In this document: piece by piece, positions 34,350 through 44,373 of the stretch
Layout of the letters: each line of letters opens with the position of its first letter
Position numbering within the stretch: position 1 is the first letter of the stretch
Assembly (NCBI GenBank): GCA_043778275.1
Contig: JAYWGL010000009.1
Span: 1-51,797 of the forward strand
Origin: Minisyncoccota bacterium
GTDB taxonomy: Bacteria; Patescibacteriota; JACMRA01
Direction: 5' to 3'
DNA: 51,797 nucleotides
Made by a program: the position numbers and the translations under genes
Notes under the pieces: model-generated
What the model saw: only the letters and a program-made list of their open reading frames with translations
What the model was told of the DNA's origin: nothing
The model's database searches: none

Positions 34350-36368
34350 CTATATTTTGACCCCTTGGGCTTTAAGTGCTAACAATACCAAGCGTCCAAT
34401 CTCATTGAGTTCATCAAGCGTAGGTTTGACTAACGATTTAAAGTCAATCTTAATTGTTATTAGATTATTTGGTTGACTTTGACCTGATAATATTGATTGA
34501 GTGGTTTCTGCATTAGTTACCCTGCGACCCGCAAGACCTGATAATATTTCGGGACCATTTTCACCTACCATCACATCCCCGTTAGTATTAATCATTCCAC
34601 CACGGGCAAATCCTGGAATACTTCTGAAATAATCACCAGCTATCGGCATTGACTTGAGGGCATCTCTAGCAAATCCAGGGATGTTATTTTTGATCATATC
34701 CCCTATAGCCCCACCAAATTGACCAGCCATTGACTTAACCCCGTCAATAAGTCCTCCTATCATATTTTTACCTTGTTCTATAAGCGAAAAGGTTTTGATA
34801 AAATTCATTACCCCATCAAAAATAGCAGTAATAGGTGCTAATATCATATCTCCAGCCCCCTTAAAGAATTGACCAAGCCCCTTAAATATTTCCTCAATAC
34901 CTTTCCAAGCTTTTTTCCAGTCTCCAGTAAAGACCCCAATAATGAAATCAATGATCCCGGCAAGTATATTGATTATTCCTGATAACATTTCACCAAAAGC
35001 TTTGGCTACTAAGACTACATAGCTTATCATTATCATAAATACAGGTAACAGAATTGCCATAACCATTCCAGCAAATCCAAGCAATACAAGAACCAAGGGT
35101 TGGACAGCATTCCATAAATTGATTACCGCTTGCCAAAGCTCAAGAAATACTGGATATAACTGTTGAAACGCATATATTCCAAGCTGAACAGCCCCAGCTA
35201 GATAAACCCCAATAATTGCTACCAATGCAAGAATAAACGGCATAGCGTCCATAATAGCCTTGTAAACTGAGTCAAAAGTTTGTTTGAATAAGTCAAATTC
35301 TTTGGATTGAGTAAATATACCAAAAAATTCATTGAATTTGTCTATTAGGGGCTGGATCGTACCTGGAAGTTTTTGAAAAAAGGCGAAGGTATTATTTGCC
35401 GCATTATAAATTGCAAGTAGATTACTAACAACCTGCGAATCTTCCTCTAACCCAAATATACCCCCTGTAAAGTCGCCTTTAAACAGTGTGTTATAAAGGT
35501 TTGTAAAACTTTCTATAGTAGAGTCAACATCTACAGACGAAATAAAAGCAATGAGAGTATCCAAATGCGGTTTAATTGCAGGTAATATTTTTTCGCCAAC
35601 TTGGGTCAACTTTTGATTCCAAGCATCTGCTAAATTAGACATTTTACCAAGAAAAGTTTGCGACTGTTCCTCCATCATCCCAGTGAACTTCTTGTCTTTC
35701 ATTATTTTTGGTAAAACCGCCATCATTTCCTCAGTAGTTGCCATTAACTCTCCTGATTTAGTTATTCCTTTACCTGTCGCTTTGACCCAATCATCAGTTG
35801 TTATTGATAAATCACGGAACATATCAACAGCAATTCCTTTTTGACCAGTGGCAAGTTTTGAGAATGCGGCTGAAACTTGTTCGATAGGCTTCCCTGCTGC
35901 ACTTGCAAGATCTCCAAGCATATTGACATTATTTCTTGAATATTTGCCAATAGCCTGCAATTGATTACCAAGAGCTACAACTTGAGGCAATTCAAAAGGC
36001 GTCTTAGCTCCAATATCTGCATATTCTTTGAGCCTTTCATTAGCCAGTTGCTGGCTGCCTAACATCGTAGTTAGAGTACTACGGTATTTTTCCATATTGG
36101 CAGCGTTGTCAATTGCTGTTTTACCCAAAACTCCAAAAGCCCCAACTGCGGCAATTGTTCCAACAACAACCCCAGTTTTTAGCATTCCACCGACAGCTTG
36201 GAAACCACTATTCATTCGTTGCATAGCTCCGCTGGTTATATTGTCCATTTGTTCAGCAGCTTGTTTAATCTGACCTTCCATTGCCTTCATAGCTTGACTG
36301 GCTTTCTGCAACTCACCCGAAGCCATATCTTTGGCTTTGATTAACATTTCGAGTATATAGGACTGCAT
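34350..36368 (-). CDS. phage tail tape measure protein (TP901-type core)
   Basis: NMEKYRSTLTTMLGSQQLANERLKEYADIGAKTPFELPQVVALGNQLQAIG, a long hydrophobic/Gly-rich centre, and position directly after the chaperone pair. Confidence 0.85.
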   Translation of the reverse strand: MQSYILEMLIKAKDMASGELQKASQAMKAMEGQIKQAAEQMDNITSGAMQRMNSGFQAVGGMLKTGVVVGTIAAVGAFGVLGKTAIDNAANMEKYRSTLTTMLGSQQLANERLKEYADIGAKTPFELPQVVALGNQLQAIGKYSRNNVNMLGDLASAAGKPIEQVSAAFSKLATGQKGIAVDMFRDLSITTDDWVKATGKGITKSGELMATTEEMMAVLPKIMKDKKFTGMMEEQSQTFLGKMSNLADAWNQKLTQVGEKILPAIKPHLDTLIAFISSVDVDSTIESFTNLYNTLFKGDFTGGIFGLEEDSQVVSNLLAIYNAANNTFAFFQKLPGTIQPLIDKFNEFFGIFTQSKEFDLFKQTFDSVYKAIMDAMPFILALVAIIGVYLAGAVQLGIYAFQQLYPVFLELWQAVINLWNAVQPLVLVLLGFAGMVMAILLPVFMIMISYVVLVAKAFGEMLSGIINILAGIIDFIIGVFTGDWKKAWKGIEEIFKGLGQFFKGAGDMILAPITAIFDGVMNFIKTFSLIEQGKNMIGGLIDGVKSMAGQFGGAIGDMIKNNIPGFARDALKSMPIAGDYFRSIPGFARGGMINTNGDVMVGENGPEILSGLAGRRVTNAETTQSILSGQSQPNNLITIKIDFKSLVKPTLDELNEIGRLVLLALKAQGVKI

Positions 36369-36374
36369 AGTGAG

Positions 36375-36916
36375 CTATTTTTTAAGGGCTTGTTTTTTCT
36401 TTTCACCTTCGGCTTGAGCTTTGTTGAAATATTGAATCTTCTTGACTATTTGATAGGGTTGATTAAGTAAATCCTCATAATTAGAAAATCTTAATTTATC
36501 CCAGTACAAGGTATAGAGCCAAAAATCAGGGCTTATATTAGATGAGATTATCTCGTGACAATAGTAATCAACAATAGCTAAAAACTCATTATTTTCAACT
36601 AATTTTTTTTCTTTGTTGCTGATAATCTCATAAAAAAAGGCGACTCTTGAATAAATTGATAAGCATCCATCCCTGTTTCAGTATCTAGCTCATCAAGGTC
36701 AAAATCAATAGCAAATACAATTTTTATTAATTCAGTGATTACAGACCCCTCTTTTAGGGCGTATTGCTCAGTTATCTCCATTGTTGTTTCGTTTGTCTCA
36801 TTGTTGAGCTTGGCGGTCATTCCGCTTTTAAGTTGAGCTTGAAATTTGAGTACTTGTGAGAATTTCACACGGTTAAAGTCTACTTCGTAGGTTTTGTCTT
36901 GATAGATAATAGTCAT
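36375..36916 (-). CDS. tail assembly chaperone, -1 frameshift fusion product (gpGT-like)
   Basis: Slippery A AAA AAT lies within an A8 run (plus-strand T8 at 36603-36610). The -1 frame then stays open for 75 codons (LVENNEFLAIVDYYCHE...GEKKKQALKK*). It has no ATG and stops at 36375-77, 7 nt before the tape measure ATG. Confidence 0.6.
36599..36916 (-). CDS. phage tail assembly chaperone (gpG-like, zero-frame product)
   Basis: 105-aa acidic ORF between the major tail and tape measure genes. It ends in ...ACA AAG AAA AAA AAT TAG. Confidence 0.6.
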   Translation of the reverse strand: MTIIYQDKTYEVDFNRVKFSQVLKFQAQLKSGMTAKLNNETNETTMEITEQYALKEGSVITELIKIVFAIDFDLDELDTETGMDAYQFIQESPFFMRLSATKKKN

Positions 36917-36924
36917 ATTGTTGA

Positions 36925-37923
36925 TTAAATTAAGCTTGCAATGGCATTTTGTACGATTGTTCGTATTCCAAAGCCGTCTAAGGTTGATAGTTCGGGGTTA
37001 ATGGTTGCACTAAATGAGATAAATTCATCAAGTGGGATTGAGTGTTTAATATCAATGATTGAAGGGGCTATATCAAAGGTAATTCTAGGGCGTCTAGTTA
37101 GCGATGTGCCTATTAGTGGTAGATATTGAGCTTCGCAATCAAATTGATAAGCTTTTTTAGTACCAGCTATAAAGTCGTTATAGAAAGTTTGAGATCTAAC
37201 TATAGCGTCGAAGCTAACTTCAGCCTCAAAACCGTCGCTTAATATATCATTGTTTAAGCCAGCATTGAAACTTGCGTCGTATTTGATATTTCGCTTTAAC
37301 TTGATATTAAGCTTGGTAATTTTAAATGGCGTTCCTGAGTTTAGACCAACAATAGTATTAGCACTTTTTGAAATTAGTGATTTACCGAGTAGAATCTTAC
37401 TTGGCTTAATGTAATTGATTGTTGGAGTACCTGAGTTATTAGTTTCATTCAACGCTTTGAAGTTAATTGATACTTTGGACTCGCCAGACTCGCTAAAATC
37501 AAACTCTAAGTCTTCAATCATACAACCATTAGTTATCTTGTGTCCAGCGTCTCCTTTTGAATGAAAAGCTGTAAAGGTTGGTGATTCTGTGCTGTTTAAT
37601 AGGGTTGAGAATGTGTGAGTGTAAGCTCCTGTAGTCGCGTCTTGAACAGTTGTTGCCTGTCCATAAATGTATCTAAGGAGATCAGCTATATAATCAGCGT
37701 CCATCACCATTTCAACTTTACCCTCAGCCATTTTTATCAGTTCTAGCTTATCTAGTTGCTTATGGAGTTGACCGAAGCCTGATTGAATATCCTTATATTC
37801 CTTTTTTAGATCAGTTTCGATTGACTCAAAAGCATAGAGTTTATTGTGAGTAGTTTCGGCTACTCCTCGTACAGTTTCGGATTTGATTGCAAAATAGGTT
37901 TGTCGTCCTTTTATTATTGGCAT
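36925..37923 (-). CDS. phage major tail protein (positional call)
   Basis: 332-aa ORF directly upstream of the chaperone pair and preceded by the conserved hairpin motif. Confidence 0.5.
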   Translation of the reverse strand: MPIIKGRQTYFAIKSETVRGVAETTHNKLYAFESIETDLKKEYKDIQSGFGQLHKQLDKLELIKMAEGKVEMVMDADYIADLLRYIYGQATTVQDATTGAYTHTFSTLLNSTESPTFTAFHSKGDAGHKITNGCMIEDLEFDFSESGESKVSINFKALNETNNSGTPTINYIKPSKILLGKSLISKSANTIVGLNSGTPFKITKLNIKLKRNIKYDASFNAGLNNDILSDGFEAEVSFDAIVRSQTFYNDFIAGTKKAYQFDCEAQYLPLIGTSLTRRPRITFDIAPSIIDIKHSIPLDEFISFSATINPELSTLDGFGIRTIVQNAIASLI

Positions 37924-37951
37924 ATGGTTATATATTGCTAGATTCTCTTAG

Positions 37952-37968
37952 TTTCGGTAAGTTCCGAA
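37952..37968 (-). repeat. conserved phage hairpin motif, copy 1 (minus strand TTCGGAACTTACCGAAA)
   Basis: Identical 17-mer core that abuts the TAG stop of the upstream gene. It lies 28 nt before the major tail ATG. Confidence 0.85.
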
Positions 37969-38442
37969 CTAAAAATCTTCAACCTGTTGAATTTGAACAT
38001 CAAAACGCTTGACTATTGATATGCCGTCAAGGTTGATATTTTGATCGCTGTATGGACTCGTTACCTGTCCTAGTATTTGCAAATCTTGCCATTGATTAGA
38101 TTTTCCTACGCAGTCTCGCACCGTTCTTGACTGAAATAAATCAATAATTAGACTCTCTACTTCGTCAAAGTTATTTTCTACAATGTCCGCTTGGGCATTA
38201 CTGTCGCTTGGTTTTTGGATTATAAAAATACTGTACCCATAGCCCCGTGTGTAAGTCCCAGTATCCGTCAAACTTTGATTACCACGATTAGGGGTTAAGT
38301 TACCACTGGACACCACGATATAAGGATACTGAGTAATATTGTTATTTCGAGTAGTAAAGACCGGTAAAGGCAAGCTATTAAATAATAGTGTTTGTAAGTA
38401 CTGCTGAAGGTAAGTTTTGTGATTCAAGCGGTGATTAGTCAT
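37969..38442 (-). CDS. phage tail terminator / head-tail joining protein (positional call)
   Basis: 157-aa ORF between the gp10-like and major tail genes. Confidence 0.35.
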   Translation of the reverse strand: MTNHRLNHKTYLQQYLQTLLFNSLPLPVFTTRNNNITQYPYIVVSSGNLTPNRGNQSLTDTGTYTRGYGYSIFIIQKPSDSNAQADIVENNFDEVESLIIDLFQSRTVRDCVGKSNQWQDLQILGQVTSPYSDQNINLDGISIVKRFDVQIQQVEDF

Positions 38443-38443
38443 A

Positions 38444-38857
38444 TTATTTTCTCATAAAATTTTTAATAATTGGATCAAGGATACCTGGTAAAGCTTCTTT
38501 AATTTGGTCAAAGGTTTTAGTAAAGAATGGCTTTGCTTTAACCCTTTTAGTACCATTGTTGACCGCCATTGCGTAATCTCGTTTAGCTCCTTTGAGTTGT
38601 GGATTAACTCTTACAAGGGTACTATTTTGACCCTTTGTTACTGTTCGACCGCCCAATAGATTACCAGTTCTCCTGTATCTTGGGCTTGGCGTTTGAGAAT
38701 AAACCAAATCATTAAGATTGATTGGGATTTGGTTATCAAATCTTTGAGCTGTTTCCTGAATAGCCTTTGCTATAATCTGATCAGACACATCCTGACCCAA
38801 TACAGCTTGGAAGTTTTGAAGGTCTTTTGGACTAAAACTAAGGTCAAATTTTGACAT
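38444..38857 (-). CDS. HK97 gp10-family tail-completion protein
   Basis: KGAKRDYAMAVNNGTKRVKAKPFFTKTF resembles the HK97 gp10 family signature. 137 aa. Confidence 0.5.
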   Translation of the reverse strand: MSKFDLSFSPKDLQNFQAVLGQDVSDQIIAKAIQETAQRFDNQIPINLNDLVYSQTPSPRYRRTGNLLGGRTVTKGQNSTLVRVNPQLKGAKRDYAMAVNNGTKRVKAKPFFTKTFDQIKEALPGILDPIIKNFMRK

Positions 38858-38858
38858 A

Positions 38859-39191
38859 TTATAAAACTACTTTTTCAACTAATAATTCGTAGAATGGTGT
38901 TATTGACCTAGAATAATCAACTAATTCACATTCAATTATTTTATATTCGTCCGTTCCGTTGATTATCTTATCACCATTTTTGAGATTATTTATTTGTGTG
39001 GTTGAAATGTAGAACTTAAATATCATTGAAACATCTAAACCAGTTTCATAACCCCCCTTTATTGTCTGTCGAAATAACTTTTTATTAGTCGCCACTGTGC
39101 TAAAAGTGCTTGTTTTAGTTCCTGTGCCTAATTGCTGAATAGATACCATCAATTGTGGCAATTCCTTAAATATTAAGCTAATATCTCTCAT
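38859..39191 (-). CDS. phage head-closure / head-tail adaptor protein (positional call)
   Basis: 110-aa ORF with overlapping start and stop with its neighbours. Confidence 0.35.
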   Translation of the reverse strand: MRDISLIFKELPQLMVSIQQLGTGTKTSTFSTVATNKKLFRQTIKGGYETGLDVSMIFKFYISTTQINNLKNGDKIINGTDEYKIIECELVDYSRSITPFYELLVEKVVL

Positions 39192-39811
39192 AAATACATT
39201 TTAATTACATTGTTAAAAGTACTTTTTAGCTGTTCTTGACTACTAGATGAACTACCGTAATTTAAACTTATCTTGCCTAATACTTTTTCTGAGGTTAATT
39301 CTCGACCCTCGTTGTCTAAATTACTATTAGCTGATCTATAGCTCATTAACCTAGCCTGAATATACCCAAGTATAGCGTTCTCAATGTCTAAGTAACTGTT
39401 AGATGAGCTACTATCAAAACCCCAAACAGCATCAATCTCAAGTCTTTGACTGTCGTAAACAGGTGTTTTGGTTTCTATTTGATAGACAGCGTTTGAATTT
39501 GTTAGTTTAGCCGATGTCCAGTAGTCAACATCAGCTATTAATGTCTTGAGGGTGCTGTTGTCTGATATATTCTTGATCGTTACTACTGGCGTTGATAGTG
39601 TTTTCTGCCAGTAGTAAGTGTCAAAGATACATTGACCATTTGGTAGCCCTTGCAACCTTTTTTTTGTTTTTGTTGTAGAAGTATAAAATGTAAGTCCCAA
39701 ACTAGCAATATACCGCTGTATTTCAACCAAAACCCCGTCTACAAAAGACATCTCTATTGGATTGGTAACTCCAAGGGTAGTGGTGTATTGACTAGCGGTA
39801 AACAGTGCCAT
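39188..39811 (-). CDS. phage head-tail connector protein (positional call)
   Basis: 207-aa ORF. Its ATG overlaps the upstream gene's stop. Confidence 0.4.
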   Translation of the reverse strand: MALFTASQYTTTLGVTNPIEMSFVDGVLVEIQRYIASLGLTFYTSTTKTKKRLQGLPNGQCIFDTYYWQKTLSTPVVTIKNISDNSTLKTLIADVDYWTSAKLTNSNAVYQIETKTPVYDSQRLEIDAVWGFDSSSSNSYLDIENAILGYIQARLMSYRSANSNLDNEGRELTSEKVLGKISLNYGSSSSSQEQLKSTFNNVIKMYL

Positions 39812-40098
39812 TATTTAGTTCTTGTTACTGCTGTTTGTGTTATTTCTGTTGGGATTATTTCCTTAGTCACCTCTGAAACTGTTGGATTTAACTGTTCAAG
39901 GATTTTGCCAAAGGTCGCTGTAGCTTCAGGTGAGTTGCCAAAGGTTCCTAGTACATTGTCTTTAATGACGCCTTGAAAGTAAGTGTCATATTCAGCTTTA
40001 TTGGTAGAATAAGCTGTTTCTAGCTCTTGGATATTTCGAACGCCAAATTGATTCATAATTTGAGTAACGACTTGAATATATAGGGATATTTCTTGCAT
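39811..40098 (-). CDS. phage hypothetical protein
   Basis: 95-aa ORF downstream of the capsid gene. Confidence 0.4.
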   Translation of the reverse strand: MQEISLYIQVVTQIMNQFGVRNIQELETAYSTNKAEYDTYFQGVIKDNVLGTFGNSPEATATFGKILEQLNPTVSEVTKEIIPTEITQTAVTRTK

Positions 40099-40125
40099 AA
40101 TATTTGATTTTTAAATTGTTTCTGT

Positions 40126-40146
40126 GGCTAGATTAAGGTTCTAGCC
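40126..40146 (-). terminator. hairpin after the major capsid gene (attenuator/terminator-like)
   Basis: GGCTAGA / TCTAGCC 7-bp stem with a 7-nt loop, 13 nt after the capsid stop. No strong T-run. Confidence 0.4.
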
Positions 40147-40158
40147 AAACCTGTAAGC

Positions 40159-41394
40159 TTATAAGCTATAATCAGCTTTCAATGTAAAATCTCTAAACCC
40201 ATTTTTTAGTGGGATTGCTTTGTAAGCCATTGATAGAGTTGCATCAGCATAACTATCAATAACCATTTCAAATCGGTTGTCTCTTAAACTTGAGATTCTT
40301 GATTGTATTTGGAACGGTCTACTTAACTTGACTATGACGCCTGATAGATCCCAAATACCAACAACATCATTTGGTAGTGAACTGTTATTAACAATTCTAG
40401 CGGTTCCACCAGTTAATAAATTTGTAAAGGTTTTTGTTTCAAAGTTATAATAGAATTGGTTTGTGCTATCTGCAACTCTAATCAGCTTGTTCATAGTTGC
40501 CCAGTTACAACAGACAGTAAATTTAAGTGCGTCTTGAGCTGAATAGATTGGTAATTGTCCAGCTACAAGGTTAATCGCATCAATGTGATTTAACGGTCTA
40601 GCACCTGCTGCGATTGGCAAAGTTACAGTAATTGAACCTCTATTAGTTGATATAGGTGCTAAATTATTGAGAATTGAGTAAAATTGATTTGTTCCGTTAG
40701 TTGCCGATCCAACAGCCCCAATAATCATTGATTCAATCTGATTACTGACTGTTCTTAACATTTTTGCAATAATAGTCGCTGTGTTTACTGGATTCATTAC
40801 CTCACGAAGTTTCAAAGACATTTCGATTGAGTCAGATATTCTAATACTTGGAGTTATTGTGTCAACTACAGACACATTGTCTTCGTAAACATCGCCAGTC
40901 AACTCATCGGTTGCGGTTGCTACTCTAATATTAGTTACATCCGTAACAGTTTCAGTATCCTCACCATATGGCATTACTGTTACATCGGCTAGGATAGAAT
41001 TGTTGTAGAAATATTTATCAATAACATATGCTATGTTAGTGCGAAGTTGACCGCCTAGGATGTTACCACCTGTCGCAGTTTGAACGGTCTGTGCAAAATG
41101 TTCTGCTGTTTTTCGATCTTCTGTAGTTAAAACTTGAACTTCAAGATAACTTTTGCTGTCTTTTTCAAGTCCTAGTTTTGAGTTAAGAGTTTTATTAAAG
41201 ATTTCTTGATACTCATTTCTTAGCCCTTTTTGACCTGCTATCATACAGGCTTCAATAGAAGATACTAAGATGTCCCCGTGATTTTGATCTCTAATATTTT
41301 CATTTAAAAATATTTCAAGGACTTCTTTGGTTTCGTTAATTGGGGCTTCTTCAATCTTGTTGAATGACTCGATTAGATATTTTGTTCTATTCAT
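40159..41394 (-). CDS. phage major capsid protein (positional/size call)
   Basis: 411-aa ORF directly after the scaffold-like gene and followed by a hairpin. Confidence 0.6.
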   Translation of the reverse strand: MNRTKYLIESFNKIEEAPINETKEVLEIFLNENIRDQNHGDILVSSIEACMIAGQKGLRNEYQEIFNKTLNSKLGLEKDSKSYLEVQVLTTEDRKTAEHFAQTVQTATGGNILGGQLRTNIAYVIDKYFYNNSILADVTVMPYGEDTETVTDVTNIRVATATDELTGDVYEDNVSVVDTITPSIRISDSIEMSLKLREVMNPVNTATIIAKMLRTVSNQIESMIIGAVGSATNGTNQFYSILNNLAPISTNRGSITVTLPIAAGARPLNHIDAINLVAGQLPIYSAQDALKFTVCCNWATMNKLIRVADSTNQFYYNFETKTFTNLLTGGTARIVNNSSLPNDVVGIWDLSGVIVKLSRPFQIQSRISSLRDNRFEMVIDSYADATLSMAYKAIPLKNGFRDFTLKADYSL

Positions 41395-41395
41395 A

Positions 41396-42253
41396 TTAAA
41401 AGTTTAATTTTTTGATTAATGATTGTTTTTGAGCGTCCGTGATGATATCTCCAACAGTCGAACTAGACTTTGGGTCAATTACTTTGAACTTCTCTAACTC
41501 TTGGGCTGTAAAGTCCTCAGAGGCGGGTTTTTTAGCCTTTGCTTCGGCAATGGCAAGGGTTTGATCTAATTCCTTTGATTTGGTTAAGTCCTGGGCTTCT
41601 GCTTCGGACACTGGGTCTTTCTTGAAGAACTCTAAGCCAGCATTGACTAAGGCTTGAATAGCTAAAACATTTTCATCCAGTCTTTTAGATAAATTAGCTA
41701 TCTCAGCTTTGTAATAACTTTGACTGTTTCTTAGATCTGAAACAAGGTTAAATGTCTCTTTTTCAGCTTCTGCATCCTCAAGAATGATTACATCTTCATT
41801 CAAGCTAAACTTTTCTAACTTGAAGTTATTATCAACTCCAACAAAACCAGCTTTTTCACCAAATAAAACAGCTGTTCCTTGCCATCCTAAGTCGCCTTGA
41901 GCATAAAACCTTTCACCGCCAGCGTTTTTGACTGGTTTGTTAAGTGGCTGTAATTCAGGGCTAAAACCTGTTATTTTATCAGCATTCTCAACAATATAAG
42001 CGTCGTAAGACACTATATCCGCTTTGAATGTCAATAATTTTCCGTTGATTTCGGGTTTAACTGGTGAGCTAAACTCAGCCTGTAGGGTTACAGTTGCATT
42101 GTGGGATTTGTTAAACGCCTTTGGTGGATTATCAATGTTGAACACTTCTAGGGCGTCAAAATTACATCCGTTATAGTTCCTAGAACAAGCAAACTGAGCG
42201 TCCTTGAACTTAACACCTGCTTTACCATCCTTACTAAATTTTTCTACTAACAT
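41396..42253 (-). CDS. phage scaffolding protein (positional call)
   Basis: 285 aa with an acidic, coiled-coil-like C-terminal half. It lies between the portal and capsid genes. Confidence 0.45.
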   Translation of the reverse strand: MLVEKFSKDGKAGVKFKDAQFACSRNYNGCNFDALEVFNIDNPPKAFNKSHNATVTLQAEFSSPVKPEINGKLLTFKADIVSYDAYIVENADKITGFSPELQPLNKPVKNAGGERFYAQGDLGWQGTAVLFGEKAGFVGVDNNFKLEKFSLNEDVIILEDAEAEKETFNLVSDLRNSQSYYKAEIANLSKRLDENVLAIQALVNAGLEFFKKDPVSEAEAQDLTKSKELDQTLAIAEAKAKKPASEDFTAQELEKFKVIDPKSSSTVGDIITDAQKQSLIKKLNF

Positions 42254-42298
42254 ATTATTTTTGATTAATTGTATTAGAATAGTACTTATAAGGGCTGA

Positions 42299-42315
42299 TT
42301 TCGGTAAGTTCCGAA
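42299..42315 (-). repeat. conserved phage hairpin motif, copy 2
   Basis: Same 17-mer core, abutting the TAA stop of the portal gene. It lies 45 nt before the scaffold ATG. Confidence 0.85.
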
Positions 42316-44373
42316 TTAAATTTTTGGTATTACCCTAGCATAGATAACAGTACATCGACATCTAAAAGCTGTTCCAGGGCTTGAGTCTCCAGACTCAAAT
42401 ATCTCATCAATTGGCACCCATCCTTGGGCTTTATTTTGACGGTGAGTATCACGGACTTTGTCATCGCTTACGGTAATCCAACGTTTAAATTTGTAACCTT
42501 CTTCAAGATACATTAATTCTCTTGATCCTTCGACAGCTTGATTAACCGTGGTAGTGGCTATATTTGTCGCTCTGTCAAGGCTAAACTCATCTACTAATTC
42601 AAATATTTTGTTGGTAATAAAATTCTTACCCTTTGCGTAGTTGTTGGTAATTATTTGAAAAATTAACCTTTGAGTCTCTACATCAACACTTTTTATATTC
42701 TCTGTCCCCTTGAGTATTTGGACAGATATTGAATCAACATAATCAAGTAAATATTGCGGTATTTCATCTTTGGCAAATTGCTCTTGACCTGTTTTAAGTT
42801 CTCCAACAACTGGATCTAAGAACTGGTAGAGATCCTTTTTGAGTGTATTAATCGAGTAATAGGACTCTAATTTTGGGAATGATTGGTTAAGTGTTTTAGT
42901 TGCTTCGTCTAAGCTCTTAGCTTGTTTTATCTGTTCTATAACAGCATTTAACTGCTTCTTAATCCCATTTTTAAAATTTGGTAATAACCCTTTTTCTTTG
43001 GCATTACCCTTATTGTCTCGCTCCGTTCGACTGTAAGCTTTAGATTTAAGGGCTTTTTCAGTAGGTGTTAGCTTAACTGGCTTGCTAAACTCTTCTAATT
43101 TATTTAAAAAAAAACCTTCTTTGGCTGGTGGGACTTGAACGACTGGAGATTCAAATAAACTTACATCAATAGGCTCTAGTCCGATACTTTCCCGGTATTC
43201 ATTGATTAATTGGGCTTGATAGACTTGGTTTGTAGAGGCTTTACTTTGGGTTTCTAAGGATTTAATGGCAAATTCTTTTTTACTTATTTCATCAGGGTCA
43301 TTTGGTTGATTAAACTCAAAGTATAGATTCTCATTAGTCTCAATACCTAACTTTTTAAGTACAAAACTGTTTACAAAGTGAGCAAATTGATTTTCTCGAC
43401 CCTTGCCAATCAGATCCCATTTTATATAATTAAATGTTTTAGCGTTGCTGTAAGTGGCTTTTTCGCTGGTTTGAACAACTCCAAAGCCTCGATTAATTGC
43501 CTTTTCAGCATAATTAAGCAACACCTCAAGGCTTAAATCTTGATTATTTTGACCTAGTTCTTTTAATTCCTTAAGTCCAGCTAAGAAGGCTACATTGTGG
43601 CTACTAGCCTGGTTTCTTTTGCCACTAGTAAGGGTAGATAACCCCTTTGATAGCAGTTGTTTGAAATTCTCTAATAACTTTTTCCCCTTGGTCAATTTAG
43701 GGTCATTTTCATCACCTGCACTTTCTCCAAGCATTGAGGACATCTCTTTTTCAAAAATGGCTACTATTGACCCGACCCCTCCACCTGATACAAGGTTATT
43801 ATTAATTTCTGCGGCGTGTAAATACAACAACACCCAAATATAACAAGAATCAATCGGACTTCTAGCAAAAGCTGTGTCTGATTCACTGTCTTTTAGGACT
43901 GATATATCCTCGACATTGACATTTTCAAAGCTTCCGTAATTATCAACTTCAAACTTGATATATTCCTGATTGAATGAATCATAATAGATTCTGTACTTAT
44001 TAGGCGAGTCAAAAACTATTTTACCATCTGTATACCTTGCCATTGCTTGACCGTAGATGGAGGTCAATTTGACATATTTTTCAACCATTTTGTCCAGATC
44101 CATATTTTTTAGGATCTGATAGATTCTCCAGGCATAGTTTCGATTGCGGATTTCTGAACTGAATAATCGACATTTAATGTCCCAGCCATTGGCGTTGACC
44201 AGTGATTTTCGCTCTTCAACTAAATACCTAACAACATCACATTGAGCATATATCTCAGTGTATATACCATAGTTTGAGCTTACGACTGGTAGATTCTTTG
44301 AATTAACTTGTAGGCTAAATGTGTCAATTAGATTGTTAGGATTCATAGAGTTATTTGTTAGTAATTTTTTCAA
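42316..44373 (-). CDS. phage portal protein fused to a Mu F / SPP1 gp7-like head-morphogenesis domain
   Basis: The only portal-sized ORF (685 aa) between terL and the capsid gene. The C-terminus WITVSDDKVRDTHRQ...GTAFRCRCT matches the Phage_Mu_F signature. Confidence 0.55.
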   Translation of the reverse strand: MKKLLTNNSMNPNNLIDTFSLQVNSKNLPVVSSNYGIYTEIYAQCDVVRYLVEERKSLVNANGWDIKCRLFSSEIRNRNYAWRIYQILKNMDLDKMVEKYVKLTSIYGQAMARYTDGKIVFDSPNKYRIYYDSFNQEYIKFEVDNYGSFENVNVEDISVLKDSESDTAFARSPIDSCYIWVLLYLHAAEINNNLVSGGGVGSIVAIFEKEMSSMLGESAGDENDPKLTKGKKLLENFKQLLSKGLSTLTSGKRNQASSHNVAFLAGLKELKELGQNNQDLSLEVLLNYAEKAINRGFGVVQTSEKATYSNAKTFNYIKWDLIGKGRENQFAHFVNSFVLKKLGIETNENLYFEFNQPNDPDEISKKEFAIKSLETQSKASTNQVYQAQLINEYRESIGLEPIDVSLFESPVVQVPPAKEGFFLNKLEEFSKPVKLTPTEKALKSKAYSRTERDNKGNAKEKGLLPNFKNGIKKQLNAVIEQIKQAKSLDEATKTLNQSFPKLESYYSINTLKKDLYQFLDPVVGELKTGQEQFAKDEIPQYLLDYVDSISVQILKGTENIKSVDVETQRLIFQIITNNYAKGKNFITNKIFELVDEFSLDRATNIATTTVNQAVEGSRELMYLEEGYKFKRWITVSDDKVRDTHRQNKAQGWVPIDEIFESGDSSPGTAFRCRCTVIYARVIPKI

